This document shows positions 38,501 to 46,903 of a stretch of 64,000 bases of DNA, piece by piece. This DNA comes from an uncultured Gemmatimonadaceae bacterium (GTDB taxonomy: Bacteria; Gemmatimonadota; Gemmatimonadetes; Gemmatimonadales; Gemmatimonadaceae): contig CAVXGK010000001.1 of NCBI GenBank assembly GCA_963761305.1, positions 512,001-576,000 of the forward strand, read 5' to 3'. The notes under the pieces are model-generated. The model did not search any database, was not told the origin of the DNA, and saw nothing but the letters and a program-made list of their open reading frames with translations. The translations under genes were made by a program, and so were the position numbers. Every line of letters begins with the position of its first letter. The stretch's first letter is position 1.

Positions 38501-38743
38501 GATTGGCGCCTCACGACGACGGCGAACAACGTTCCCGCCTGCGCGTCGTCGACCAGCGTGCTCGCGGCCGATGCGTCGCAATCGCTGTATCCGTGCGCCG
38601 ATCGCATCCCGGTCTTCAGCACGGGCGTTTCGTTCCGCTTCAACCTGATGGGGTACGCGATCCTCGAAGCGTACCTGGCGCACCCGTTCCAGCGTCCGGA
38701 TCGGTCGTGGATCTGGGGCTTCCAGTTGGCGCCGGGATGGTAA
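35594..38743 (+). CDS. Gluzincin-like + PD40/TolB beta-propeller + BamA/Omp85-like barrel outer membrane protein
   Basis: Signal peptide; FGRNKVQY; HELVH...WLIEGMAEY; repeated (W/F/I)SPDGK; C-terminal NAEFRIP..PFFDAG..GVSFRFN..WGFQL. Confidence 0.82.
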   Translation: MARFRLGWSAVVTPMLLLATTAPARAQDYFGRNKVQYESFDWRILKSDHFDNFFYPPESTIVHDAARMAERWYSRHSDTFRHAFDRKSLIFYADQPDFEQTNVVSEQIEEGTGGVTESNRTRVIMPFDGIYADNEHVLGHELVHVFQYNIAEGTPGGGLMRLDALPLWLIEGMAEYFSLGREDPLTAMWMRDAVQRNKFPTIKQLTTDPRFFPYRYGQALWAYVGGRWGDRAIVEVYRTALRLGWDAALVRVLGESQDSLSKDWAAANRAMFLPQIAGRTHPDSVATKLVGLARSSDYNLAPTISPDGKLFAFFSSRNLFTIDLFMGDAQTGKIIKKLGGQESDPHFDAISFVNSAGDWSPDDSKFAFIVYADGNQEIAILNTKTTNVERRIKLPGIGAVSSVSWSPDGRTLAFSGQAGGISDLYLLDLEKGTIKQLTNDRYADIQPTWSPDGKTIAFSTDRGPQTDFNKLTFSPLQLATYDLETGRISVFSPFAHGKHINPQFSPDGKDIFFVSDQDGFPDIYRLSLASGQVFRVTHVSTGVSGITATSPAISISRKTGRLLFNTFYDQGHEIRSMSLEDAQGTPMTPAAFAEGAQLPPPQVTKSLVQTYLADATSGLPTGSEFQFVPYHSSFSLDAIGQPSVGAVAGGPFGPGIVGGVSMLFGDQLSDRQIFTAIQANGTVKDIGGAVQYYNMKNRWNWGAGIQHIPYLTGGVFLDTAAAGGPGGYSIDQLLQRIYIDQASAFTQYPFSSTRRLEISGNITHYGFDTQLFRTIFDGVGDIVDEEESTFNTGFHPVWFAEPSIALVTDNSFDAFTSPVEGARSRVQYTLTTGSVTYSTGLVDLRKYFFMRPFTLALRGLSLGRYGKGSEDMNTTWPIYLGDETLIRGYGYNSFNSTECVVQNASPQAQAAGCPVFDRLFGSKVGVVNAEFRIPLFGVEGFGLVNFPFLPTEVSPFFDAGVSYTNSQSPDWRLTTTANNVPACASSTSVLAADASQSLYPCADRIPVFSTGVSFRFNLMGYAILEAYLAHPFQRPDRSWIWGFQLAPGW

Positions 38744-38746
38744 GAG

Positions 38747-38860
38747 AGGTGGGTAGACAGGTAGACGGTAAGGACTTAGGCGAAGGGGAAGAATGAACAG
38801 CGGGCGGCCAATCACAGGCCGCCCGCTGTTTGGTTCCCGGTCCACCGGTCCACCGGTCTA
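38747..38860. repeat. Dispersed element copy B: inward-facing octamer arrays around a hairpin (probable bidirectional terminator)
   Basis: GGTAGACA GGTAGAC GGTAAG ... AACAGCGGGCGGCC / GGCCGCCCGCTGTT ... (CGGTCCAC)2 CGGTCTA; lies between convergent genes. Confidence 0.85.
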
Positions 38861-39349
38861 CGGCTTCTTCAACCCGGTTCGAAACGACCTTTTCGAAGCG
38901 CGCGACTGCATCTTCTGCACGTTCGCGTCGAACTTCGGCTGGTTCTGAGAGCTCAGCGCGCCGCGCAGGTCACTCCGCTCGGCCTGCATCATCTGCGTGC
39001 GCTGCGCGACGATGTTGGAGCGGATCGAGCGGAGTGTGGCCGTGTCGCCGCGCTGTCGAGCCGCCTTCGCGTTCTGCGCCTCGGTGCGCATCTGCGTGCC
39101 GAGCGACTGCATCTGAGACGCGTACTTCGCGTGCACGGCCTGCACGTTCGCCTTCTCGGCGTCGCTGAGCGTGATGCCGCGGAATAGGGCCTGATCGAAT
39201 TGTTTGCGTCCGCCGCGCCCGAACTTGCGGGCGTGAACGCCCGGAGTCGGAGTTGGAGTTGGAGTCGGAGTTGGCTGCTGGGCCGGAGCGATCGCGGCCG
39301 CACTCACGAGGACCGAGGCGGTCGCGACCAGGGAGCGCATGAACTTCAC
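38858..39349 (-). CDS. Spy/CpxP-like periplasmic helical protein
   Basis: GGAGG before GTG; signal peptide, PT repeat, LFRGITLSDAEK and LSSQNQPKFDAN (LTxxQ-like motifs). Confidence 0.7.
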   Translation of the reverse strand: MKFMRSLVATASVLVSAAAIAPAQQPTPTPTPTPTPGVHARKFGRGGRKQFDQALFRGITLSDAEKANVQAVHAKYASQMQSLGTQMRTEAQNAKAARQRGDTATLRSIRSNIVAQRTQMMQAERSDLRGALSSQNQPKFDANVQKMQSRASKRSFRTGLKKP

Positions 39350-39404
39350 GGTGAACCTCCACCAAACGGGTACGGCGGGCGCACGAACGCGCCCGTCCTC
39401 CCGG

Positions 39405-39431
39405 TAGACGTTTGCAGGTTTCGCGCGTTAA
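39405..39431 (-). promoter_or_regulatory. Putative ECF sigma promoter of the Spy-like gene
   Basis: Minus strand TTAAC-N16-CGTCTA matches the AAC...CGT ECF pattern. Confidence 0.35.
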
Positions 39432-39435
39432 TGCG

Positions 39436-39840
39436 TCAAGATGCGGCCCCAACGAAGGCCACGGCGCTCATCTCGACCAGTATTCCGCGCAGATTAGCAC
39501 CCAATGCAGTTCGGGTCGGATACGGTTGCGGCATCAACGTCTTATATGCCTCGTTGAAGCGACCCCAGTCGTCGATGTCGGCGAGGTAGACGATGACCGA
39601 CACGACGTCGCTCAGATCGGCCCCGGCCGCGCGCAAGGCGCGCTGCACGTTGGCGACGACCTGCTTCGTTTGCCCCTCGACGTCGTCGCCCGCCAGCTTG
39701 CCGGTCACCGGATCGCGCGGTACCTGTCCCGACACGAACACGAATCCGCCCGCCTTCGCCGCCGGCGAGTAGGCGCCCACCGGCGCCGGAACGTCGTCGC
39801 CCAGTCGCACCGGTTGCCACTGTCGTTCGCGCTGTATCAT
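39436..39840 (-). CDS. RidA/YjgF/UK114-family enamine/imine deaminase
   Basis: PVGAYSPA, FVSGQVP, NEAY..PYPTRT, LVEM. Confidence 0.93.
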   Translation of the reverse strand: MIQRERQWQPVRLGDDVPAPVGAYSPAAKAGGFVFVSGQVPRDPVTGKLAGDDVEGQTKQVVANVQRALRAAGADLSDVVSVIVYLADIDDWGRFNEAYKTLMPQPYPTRTALGANLRGILVEMSAVAFVGAAS

Positions 39841-39856
39841 TCATTTTCTCCGTGGG

Positions 39857-41002
39857 TTGACCGACATCACCGCGCGCACATCGATCGTGACGATTCCCCT
39901 CTCCGAACTCGAAACACCCGTTCCGGTCGTGGACCTCGACCGGCTCGGCCGAAATCTCGACCGGGCGGCCGAGTACGCAACCCGGCACGGACTCGCGCTC
40001 CGACCGCACATCAAGACCCACAAGTCGCCGCGCATCGCGCGCGAACAGTTGGCGCGCGGCGCCGTCGGCCTCACGTGCGCCACGCCGTTCGAGGCGGAGG
40101 TGATGAGCGGCGTCTGTCACGACCTGCTCGTCGCGTTCCCGCCGGTCGGCCAGGCGCGCGCGAACCGCATCGCCGCGTTGCCCGACACCGTGGATGTCAC
40201 CGTCGCGCTGGATTCGCTGGCGTCGGTGAAGCTGATCGCCGAAGCGGCGCGCGCCGCCGACCGCCGCATCGGCGTCTACGTGGAGCTGGATCTCGGGATG
40301 CACCGCGTCGGCGTGCCGGTGGTGGACGACGCAATCGCGATCGCGCGCGCCGTGTGCGCGCTGCCGCCGCTCGAGTTCAGCGGAATCGCGTTTTATCCGG
40401 GACACGTGCGTGAGCCGGTGGGAGCGGCACAAACGGCGAAACTCGAGTCGCTCGCCAAATCAGTGAGCGACGTGATCGCCGCGTTCGATCGCGCCGGCGT
40501 TCGCCCGCGCGTCGTGAGCGGCGGTTCGACGCCAACGCTCTGGAATACCCACGAGATCACCGGCGTCACCGAGTTTCGTCCGGGCACGTACGTCTACAAC
40601 GACCGTACGACGGCGGAGATCGGCGCATGCGGCTGGGACGATTGCGCGTTCACGGTGCTCGCGACGGTGGTCAGCACCGCTGTACCGAATCAGGCCGTGA
40701 TCGACGCCGGCAGCAAGGCGCTCGGCCGGGAGCCGATGCGCGGCGCGGACGCCAAGGACGGATTCGGCGCCCTACTCGACAGGCCTGAAGTCACCGTCGC
40801 CTCGATGTCCGAGGAGCACGGGATTCTGGATCTCTCGAAGACGGCGTGGCGCCCGCAGGTGGGCGAGCGCGTGCGCGTCGTACCGAATCACGTCTGCGTC
40901 GTCGTACACTTGAACGACGTGATCGCCGGCGCGCGGGGCGACGCCGTCGAGACGACGTGGCCCGTCGCCGCGCGCGGGCGCGGCTACACGATCGACGTGT
41001 AG
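39857..41002 (+). CDS. PLP fold-III enzyme (D-threonine aldolase / D-serine dehydratase-like)
   Basis: ETPVPVVD, RPHIKTHK (PLP lysine), SGGSTP, EFRPGTYVYND, DAGSKAL, SEEHG, PNHVC. Confidence 0.9.
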   Translation: MTDITARTSIVTIPLSELETPVPVVDLDRLGRNLDRAAEYATRHGLALRPHIKTHKSPRIAREQLARGAVGLTCATPFEAEVMSGVCHDLLVAFPPVGQARANRIAALPDTVDVTVALDSLASVKLIAEAARAADRRIGVYVELDLGMHRVGVPVVDDAIAIARAVCALPPLEFSGIAFYPGHVREPVGAAQTAKLESLAKSVSDVIAAFDRAGVRPRVVSGGSTPTLWNTHEITGVTEFRPGTYVYNDRTTAEIGACGWDDCAFTVLATVVSTAVPNQAVIDAGSKALGREPMRGADAKDGFGALLDRPEVTVASMSEEHGILDLSKTAWRPQVGERVRVVPNHVCVVVHLNDVIAGARGDAVETTWPVAARGRGYTIDV

Positions 41003-41006
41003 CCGG

Positions 41007-42146
41007 CTAGCACTTCCCCGGCTGCGCTTTCGTGTCGACGTGAACGTCGACCGACATGCCGGGGCGCAACGGACGATCGGGTCCAAGGCCTTGCGTGATG
41101 TGGAAGCGCACGGGAATGCGCTGAACGACCTTGGTGAAATTCCCGGTCGCGTTGTCGGGCGGCAGCAGCGCGAACTTCGAGCCCGTCGCCGCGCTCACAC
41201 TCTCGACGCATCCCTTCGCGACGGCGCCGTCGTATGCGTCGACCTGGATCTCCGCCGGCAGTCCGATGCGAAGGTCGCCCAGCTGCGTCTCCTTGAAGTT
41301 CGCCGTGACGAAGATTCCCGTGTCGGCCACGAGCGTGAGGAGGGGCTGTCCTGCTTCGATGAGCTGCCCCGGCTCGACCTGCTTGCGCGACACGATGCCC
41401 GACTCGGGCGAACGCACGCGGGTGTACGTGAGCTGCAGCGCCGCGTTGTCGCGCGCCGCCTGGGCGGCTTGCAGTCGCGCGTCGGCGAGCCGGACGCCGG
41501 CTTCGGCACCGGCGATCGAGCTTCCGGCGGCGGCCGTCTGCTGCTGAAGCGCTTCGACGTTGGCGGTCGCGGACTGCGCGGCGGCGCGGGCGCCGTCGAG
41601 CTGCATCTTCGACACGACCTGCTTGGCGGCAAGATCCTCCGTACGGGCAAGGTCCTGCTTCGCCTGAGTCTCCTTGGCCTTCGCCGCTTGGATCTGCGCG
41701 TCGAGCGACCCACGTTCCCCGGTCGCCTGCTCGACGAGGGAGCGCGCCTGGCCCCCCGACGTCCTGCCGCCCGCCGTCGCGCGCGCCGCTGCGAGATCCG
41801 CATCGGCCTGCGCGAGCTTGACCCGATACTCCTGCGGATCGATCTGCACGAGCAACGAGTCGACTTTGACGTGGTCGTTGTCGCCGGCGTTCACGGCCTC
41901 CACGAAGCCGCTGACTTTCGCCAACACGGGCACGAGATGCCCGTCGACGGCGGCATCGTCGGTGGATTGGTGGGCGCGCCCATAACTCCACTGGCGATAG
42001 CCCCACGTCGCGCCGACGGCGACGAGCGCCAGCACGATGACGAGCAGAATCCAGCGGCGGCTACCGCCCGCTTCCTCGATCTCGGCCATCGGTTCGGAGT
42101 TCGGAGCGCGCTGCTGCGTTGTGTTTTCCTTGACTGCAGTTGCCAT
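41007..42146 (-). CDS. HlyD/EmrA-family periplasmic adaptor
   Basis: STDDA, KVSGFV, ANFKETQL, ATGSKFALLPPDNATGNFTKVVQRIPV, LRPGMSV. Confidence 0.95.
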   Translation of the reverse strand: MATAVKENTTQQRAPNSEPMAEIEEAGGSRRWILLVIVLALVAVGATWGYRQWSYGRAHQSTDDAAVDGHLVPVLAKVSGFVEAVNAGDNDHVKVDSLLVQIDPQEYRVKLAQADADLAAARATAGGRTSGGQARSLVEQATGERGSLDAQIQAAKAKETQAKQDLARTEDLAAKQVVSKMQLDGARAAAQSATANVEALQQQTAAAGSSIAGAEAGVRLADARLQAAQAARDNAALQLTYTRVRSPESGIVSRKQVEPGQLIEAGQPLLTLVADTGIFVTANFKETQLGDLRIGLPAEIQVDAYDGAVAKGCVESVSAATGSKFALLPPDNATGNFTKVVQRIPVRFHITQGLGPDRPLRPGMSVDVHVDTKAQPGKC

Positions 42147-42167
42147 GGTCGGTCCGTGAAAGATCGG

Positions 42168-43580
42168 TCAGCGAAGTTGAGAAACGATGCCTTGCGCCCG
42201 CGCGAGCGATATGTGCGCGTTTTGGTAGGCTGTGAGCGCATCGATCAGGCCGGTGCGCGCTTGGTTCAACGTGAAAGACGCGGTCACGACGTCGGCGTTA
42301 CCGGACACGCCGGCGCGAAATCGCTCCTGCGCCTGCGCGACCTCCTGCTGAGCGAGGCGTCGATTCTCCCGCGCGGCGTCGATCTGCTCGCGGGCCGACC
42401 CAAGGTCGAGGAGCGCCCCGCGGACGTCGGCGTCGATCTGCTGGCGAAGGTCTCGGCGACGGTTGTCGATTTCGCGAATCGTCGCCGTCTGTTCAGCCTG
42501 TTCGGCATCGCGGTGACCACCCTCGAAGGCGGGCCACGTGAGCTGAACCCCGTACGAATAGGTATTGAGCAGGTGGTTCATTGTCAGCCCGTTGTACCCG
42601 TCGTGGCCGAACACGCCGATCGTGGGCAGACGCCCGGCGTGAATTGCGGCCAGCTGCTGCTCGGCGGCGGCGTACTGGAGATCGAGCGCGCGCACGTCGG
42701 GGCGCATCTTCATCGCGACGTCAGCGGCGGCGGTTTCGTTCTCGACCGCCTCCGTCTCCGGAACTTCGAGCGAGTCGGTGAGCTGGAGCGGACTGTCGAG
42801 GTTGATGTTGAGCGATCGGCGCAGGTCGAGCAGCGCACGGTCGCGGTCGTTGCGCGCCACGATCAGCTGGGCGCGGGACGACGCGAGTTGGGTCTGGGCG
42901 CGCGTCACGTCGAGGGCGACGCCGACGCCGGCCGACAGTTGGTCGCGAGCGATCGACACGAGGTCGGACGCGAGCACCGAATCGGCGGCCCTCGCGCCGA
43001 CGACCGCCTCGGTCCGCAAGGCATGGACGTACATCGCCGCGGCGACCGAAGCAGCCTGCTCCATCGCCGCCGAGACGTCGCCGCCCGCGGCGGTCACGCT
43101 GGACTGCGCCGCCGTGACGCGCGCCTTCGTTCCGGGATCGTATAGCGTTTGCGTAACGCCGCCGCGGAAGTCGAACAGGTTGATCGGTCCGATGATCGAT
43201 CCGTTGGGATCGAAGAGCGGCGCTTGGCCGGGCTCGGTCGGGAAGTGGATGCCGAAGCTGGCGCTGTTGATCGTGACCGACGACCAGTTTGGAACCAGAC
43301 TGACCTGCGGCAGAAGCGCGGAATGCGTCTCGTTCACGCGCGCCCTGGCTTCGTCCACACGATAGCGAGCCGACTGCACGGCCGCGACCTGCGACGCGGC
43401 GAGCCGGGCGGCTTCGCCGATGGAGAGCCGCCGCGGGGTCGGCGCCTGCGGCGGCGGCGTCTGCGGCGATTGCGCGTTCGACACGCGGACCGCGAAGGCG
43501 ACGAGCGCGGTGATCAGCGACAGCACCGCTCCGATCCGGATGGCTTTTGGAGTAGAAGGAAGAGGACTCACGTTCATCAA
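42168..43580 (-). CDS. TolC-family outer membrane efflux protein
   Basis: Signal peptide; two OEP-type repeats (LLPQVSL, RLPTIGV, RFRAGVS..DVV). Confidence 0.9.
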   Translation of the reverse strand: MMNVSPLPSTPKAIRIGAVLSLITALVAFAVRVSNAQSPQTPPPQAPTPRRLSIGEAARLAASQVAAVQSARYRVDEARARVNETHSALLPQVSLVPNWSSVTINSASFGIHFPTEPGQAPLFDPNGSIIGPINLFDFRGGVTQTLYDPGTKARVTAAQSSVTAAGGDVSAAMEQAASVAAAMYVHALRTEAVVGARAADSVLASDLVSIARDQLSAGVGVALDVTRAQTQLASSRAQLIVARNDRDRALLDLRRSLNINLDSPLQLTDSLEVPETEAVENETAAADVAMKMRPDVRALDLQYAAAEQQLAAIHAGRLPTIGVFGHDGYNGLTMNHLLNTYSYGVQLTWPAFEGGHRDAEQAEQTATIREIDNRRRDLRQQIDADVRGALLDLGSAREQIDAARENRRLAQQEVAQAQERFRAGVSGNADVVTASFTLNQARTGLIDALTAYQNAHISLARAQGIVSQLR

Positions 43581-43590
43581 TTCGTATGAA

Positions 43591-44265
43591 TCACGTTGAG
43601 GCGGACACCGCGTCGCCCGGCAGCGGACGAATCGCGTGGAGGTAGAATGTCGTCAGCTCGTCGAGAATTTCGTCGTCCGACTTGGACGCCACCGACGAGA
43701 ACAGGTCGCGGTGCGTGCACCACAGCCCGTGGATGACGAACGGCGCGGCGATCATGCGCGCGGCGATGAGTGGATCGACGCGGCGAAACTCGCCGGATTC
43801 GACGCCGCGTTCGATGATCGATGCGATCAACCGGAGACGGCGCGAGACGACTTCCTCGGCGTAGAAGCGCGCGAGGTCGGGAAAGTTCTGGATTTCGGCG
43901 TGGATCAGGCGAAAGAGCGGGCCGAACTTCGCCGACCGGATGAAGATCCAGTAGGCGCGCAGCGAACGTTTCAGCGCGTCGCTGGCCGAGCCGGCCATGG
44001 CGCTGATTTCCTGCTCGCTCGTCTCGATGTTGCTCACCACCGTATTTCGCACGACTTCGCGAAACAGCTCTTCCTTGTTGGGGAAGTAGAGATAGATGGT
44101 GCCCTTGGAGAGTCCGGCGCGCTTGGCAATGTCGTCGAGCCGGGAGACGGCCAGCCCGCGCTCTCCAAACACCTCGAGAGCAGCCTCGAGGATCTGCTTG
44201 GGGCGCTCTTCGGGGAGCCGCCGCCAGCGTGGCTCCTGATGAGGAATAGCGCGAGATGCTTCCAC
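43591..44265 (-). CDS. TetR/AcrR-family transcriptional regulator
   Basis: ILEAALEVFGERG...IAKRAGLSKGTIYLYFPNKEELF. Confidence 0.95.
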   Translation of the reverse strand: MEASRAIPHQEPRWRRLPEERPKQILEAALEVFGERGLAVSRLDDIAKRAGLSKGTIYLYFPNKEELFREVVRNTVVSNIETSEQEISAMAGSASDALKRSLRAYWIFIRSAKFGPLFRLIHAEIQNFPDLARFYAEEVVSRRLRLIASIIERGVESGEFRRVDPLIAARMIAAPFVIHGLWCTHRDLFSSVASKSDDEILDELTTFYLHAIRPLPGDAVSAST

Positions 44266-44326
44266 GTCGGGTATCGCCCTACAGAGCTAAGCTCTTGTAT
44301 TCAATGGAGTTGGAAAAATCGCTATA

Positions 44327-44360
44327 TAACTGACCCGTCAGTAATATAGTCGGTCAGTTA
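44327..44360. promoter_or_regulatory. Putative TetR operator (nested inverted repeats)
   Basis: TAACTGACC-N16-GGTCAGTTA perfect 9-bp inverted repeat, plus an internal ACTGAC-CC-GTCAGT dyad, upstream of tetR. Confidence 0.65.
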
Positions 44361-44390
44361 CTCGACACAAGCGGGGCTCGGTTCCCCTCC

Positions 44391-45800
44391 CTACGGTTCG
44401 CGGACGAATTCGATTCCGCGCGCCCGGCCGTTGTCGAGCGTGAACGACGGCACCGCACCCGGCGAACCAAACCGCAGCGAATAGCCGCGCGTCCGGAACA
44501 CCTCGGGCTGCGTCGCGCGCAGCGTATCGACCTCGCCGCGCGGCCGGTGCACGATCAGCTCGCTCGGCGACGCGACGACATCGTACGTCGCGTTCAACTC
44601 GGCGGAGCGATATCGCCCGGCGAGCGACGCGAGGTCCCGTGCGGGCACGGAGAACGAAGCACCCGCTTGTTGCGCCGCCGACGCGCGCGCCACAGCCGGC
44701 ACGGGCTTCGTGAATCGAGTCGCCAGCACGATGTCCGCCACGCGGTGCGACAGTCCGCCCGCGTCGGCCGTCGTCGCGTTGCAGAGCGTCACCATCGTCG
44801 TGTGCTCGCCAGGAAACCGGAGGATGTCAGTCCGGTAGCCGCCGGTCGAGCCGGTGTGGTCGACCGTCGGCACGCCGCGGTATTCGCCAATCTCCAGGCC
44901 GAACGCGTAGGCGAGCGTCGTGCCGTCGGCGAGCTTGCCGCGCGTGAGCTGGCGCGCCAGGAACGACGGTCCGCCGACGCGCCCCGTATAAAAATTCTCA
45001 TCCCACTTCTGCAAGTCCTCGACCGTCGTCATCACGCCGCCCTGACCGACGATGTCGTTGTTCCAGACGTCGATGCGCCACGCGTCCGGCCTGCCGGCGG
45101 CCGGCGTGTACGCCATCGCGCGCCCCCGCACCGGCTCATTGTGGTCGTCGTGATAGTGCGAATCCGACATGCCGAGCGGCGTGAAAATCTCCTTCGCGGC
45201 GAACTGCCGCAGCGTCATGCCCGTCACCCGCTGCACGACCACGCCCAGCAGGACATAGCCCGTGTTGCTGTAGTTGTATTCCGTGCCCGGCGTGAAGTTG
45301 AGGTGGCGCTGCCGCGCCGCGAGCGTGACGACGTCGGCCACCGTGTAGCCGTCGTCGAACCGCATGCCGGCCGCGTCGACGAGCGCCCAGAAGTCCCGAA
45401 CGCCGCTCGTGTGATGCACCAGCTCGTCGATCGTCACCCGCTGGCCGTAGTCCGGCAACTCCGTCACGTACTTCCGAACGTCGTCGTCGAGCGAGACCCT
45501 GCCGCGCTCCACGAGCAACGCAATCGCCGCCGCCGTGAACTGCTTGGATACCGAGCCCATGATGAACGGCGTGCGCGGCGTGATCGGAATTCCGTATTCC
45601 ATGTTCGCCGAGCCGTAGCCGTGCTCGTACGCGATGTGCCCGTTCTGGAAGACGCCGAGCGCGCAACCGGGTCCGTCGGTCTTGAATCGCGAAAACACCG
45701 AGTCGACGCGCCGCGCCGTCGCGTCGGAAATCGTCTGGGCCACCGACGACGACACGGCAACGAACGCGAGGGAAAGCGCGAGGGCGATTCGTTTCGTCAT
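44391..45800 (-). CDS. Serine hydrolase, beta-lactamase/AmpC-like family (S12)
   Basis: Signal peptide; SVSK (SxxK), YNYSN (YxN), HTG. Confidence 0.9.
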   Translation of the reverse strand: MTKRIALALSLAFVAVSSSVAQTISDATARRVDSVFSRFKTDGPGCALGVFQNGHIAYEHGYGSANMEYGIPITPRTPFIMGSVSKQFTAAAIALLVERGRVSLDDDVRKYVTELPDYGQRVTIDELVHHTSGVRDFWALVDAAGMRFDDGYTVADVVTLAARQRHLNFTPGTEYNYSNTGYVLLGVVVQRVTGMTLRQFAAKEIFTPLGMSDSHYHDDHNEPVRGRAMAYTPAAGRPDAWRIDVWNNDIVGQGGVMTTVEDLQKWDENFYTGRVGGPSFLARQLTRGKLADGTTLAYAFGLEIGEYRGVPTVDHTGSTGGYRTDILRFPGEHTTMVTLCNATTADAGGLSHRVADIVLATRFTKPVPAVARASAAQQAGASFSVPARDLASLAGRYRSAELNATYDVVASPSELIVHRPRGEVDTLRATQPEVFRTRGYSLRFGSPGAVPSFTLDNGRARGIEFVREP

Positions 45801-45825
45801 GCGACCGCTCCGCACAGGGGAGCCG

Positions 45826-46470
45826 CTAGTCGGCCGGTTTGGCCGGATTCAACCAATCGTAAGCCGACGACACGTCGGCCCGCGTGAGCGCGTGTCCCGC
45901 CGGTTGCCAGTTGAGCGTCACGTCCGCGCCAAGCACGCGCAGCATCTCGGCGAGCCGCTCCGGATGCAGCCGCGACACGATCGGGTCCGATTCGCCGGCG
46001 CCGATGTACACGCGGTGTCCCTCGAGCGACGCCGGCGACTGCGGCACGAACGGGACCATGGGCCGGAACAGCACGGCGCTGTTCAGCGTCTTCGGCGACG
46101 AGAGGAGCACGCTCCCCGCGATGTTCGCGCCGTTCGAGAAACCCACGGCGACGACGAGCGACGGGTCGAAGTGGTACTGCCCGGCCGCTCCCTCGACGAA
46201 CGCGACGAGATCCTTCGTGCGGCCGTGCAAATCGTCGATGTCGAAGACGCCCTCGGCCAGCCGCTTGAAGAAGCGCGCGGCGCCGTTCTCGTTCACGGTG
46301 CCGCGAGGACTGAGAATGCCCGCGTCGGGCGCGAGCATCTGGCCGAGTGGGATCAGGTCGTTCTCGTCGCCGCCCGTGCCGTGCAGCAAAAGCAGCGTGC
46401 GCGGATCGTCGCCGCTCGGCGGCAAATAGCGGTGCACGTAACCGAAGGCCTGCGCGCTAGTATTCATCAA
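45826..46470 (-). CDS. Alpha/beta hydrolase (carboxylesterase, MhqD-like)
   Basis: LLHGTGGDE, GFSNGAN, DPIV, GHAL; start TTG 46470 or ATG 46467. Confidence 0.88.
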   Translation of the reverse strand: MMNTSAQAFGYVHRYLPPSGDDPRTLLLLHGTGGDENDLIPLGQMLAPDAGILSPRGTVNENGAARFFKRLAEGVFDIDDLHGRTKDLVAFVEGAAGQYHFDPSLVVAVGFSNGANIAGSVLLSSPKTLNSAVLFRPMVPFVPQSPASLEGHRVYIGAGESDPIVSRLHPERLAEMLRVLGADVTLNWQPAGHALTRADVSSAYDWLNPAKPAD

Positions 46471-46494
46471 CGGATAAATGTAGCCCCGACGATC

Positions 46495-46893
46495 ATGGCC
46501 GACGACTCCAACTCCGTCCGCGTCGACAAATGGCTCTGGGCGGCGCGGTTCTTCAAGACCCGCTCCCTGGCGACGGAGGCCGTCGCCGGCGGCAAGGTCG
46601 AGGTGAACGGCGACCGGGCCAAACCCGCCAAGACCGTGAAGCCGGGCGACGAGATCCGCGTGCGGCTCGCGCCGTATGAGCATGTTCTCATCGTACGCGC
46701 GCTCGGCGAGCGGCGCGGCCCGGCATCGGTGGCGCAGACGCTGTATGAGGAGACGGCGGAGAGCGCCGCCGAACGCCAGCGGCTGGCCGAACAACTTCGC
46801 CTGGCGCCGGCGGCGTTCGTGTACGAGGAACGCGGACGGCCCACCAAGAAGGACCGGCGCGATCTGTCGAAGTTCAGGGAGCGCAAACGCTGA
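46495..46893 (+). CDS. hslR: Ribosome-associated heat shock protein Hsp15 (S4 domain)
   Basis: RVDKWLWAARFFKTRSLA, LYEET, GRPTKKDRR. Confidence 0.93.
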   Translation: MADDSNSVRVDKWLWAARFFKTRSLATEAVAGGKVEVNGDRAKPAKTVKPGDEIRVRLAPYEHVLIVRALGERRGPASVAQTLYEETAESAAERQRLAEQLRLAPAAFVYEERGRPTKKDRRDLSKFRERKR

Positions 46894-46903
46894 TCCGTCG
46901 CGC

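Noticed and set aside
39243..39274. GGAGTT/GGAGTC hexamer repeat as a DNA element
   Set aside because: It encodes the Pro-Thr linker of the Spy-like protein.
44391..45800. Bona fide antibiotic-resistance beta-lactamase
   Set aside because: SxxK/YxN/HTG with a C-terminal extension fits the broad S12 peptidase/esterase group; no mobile context.
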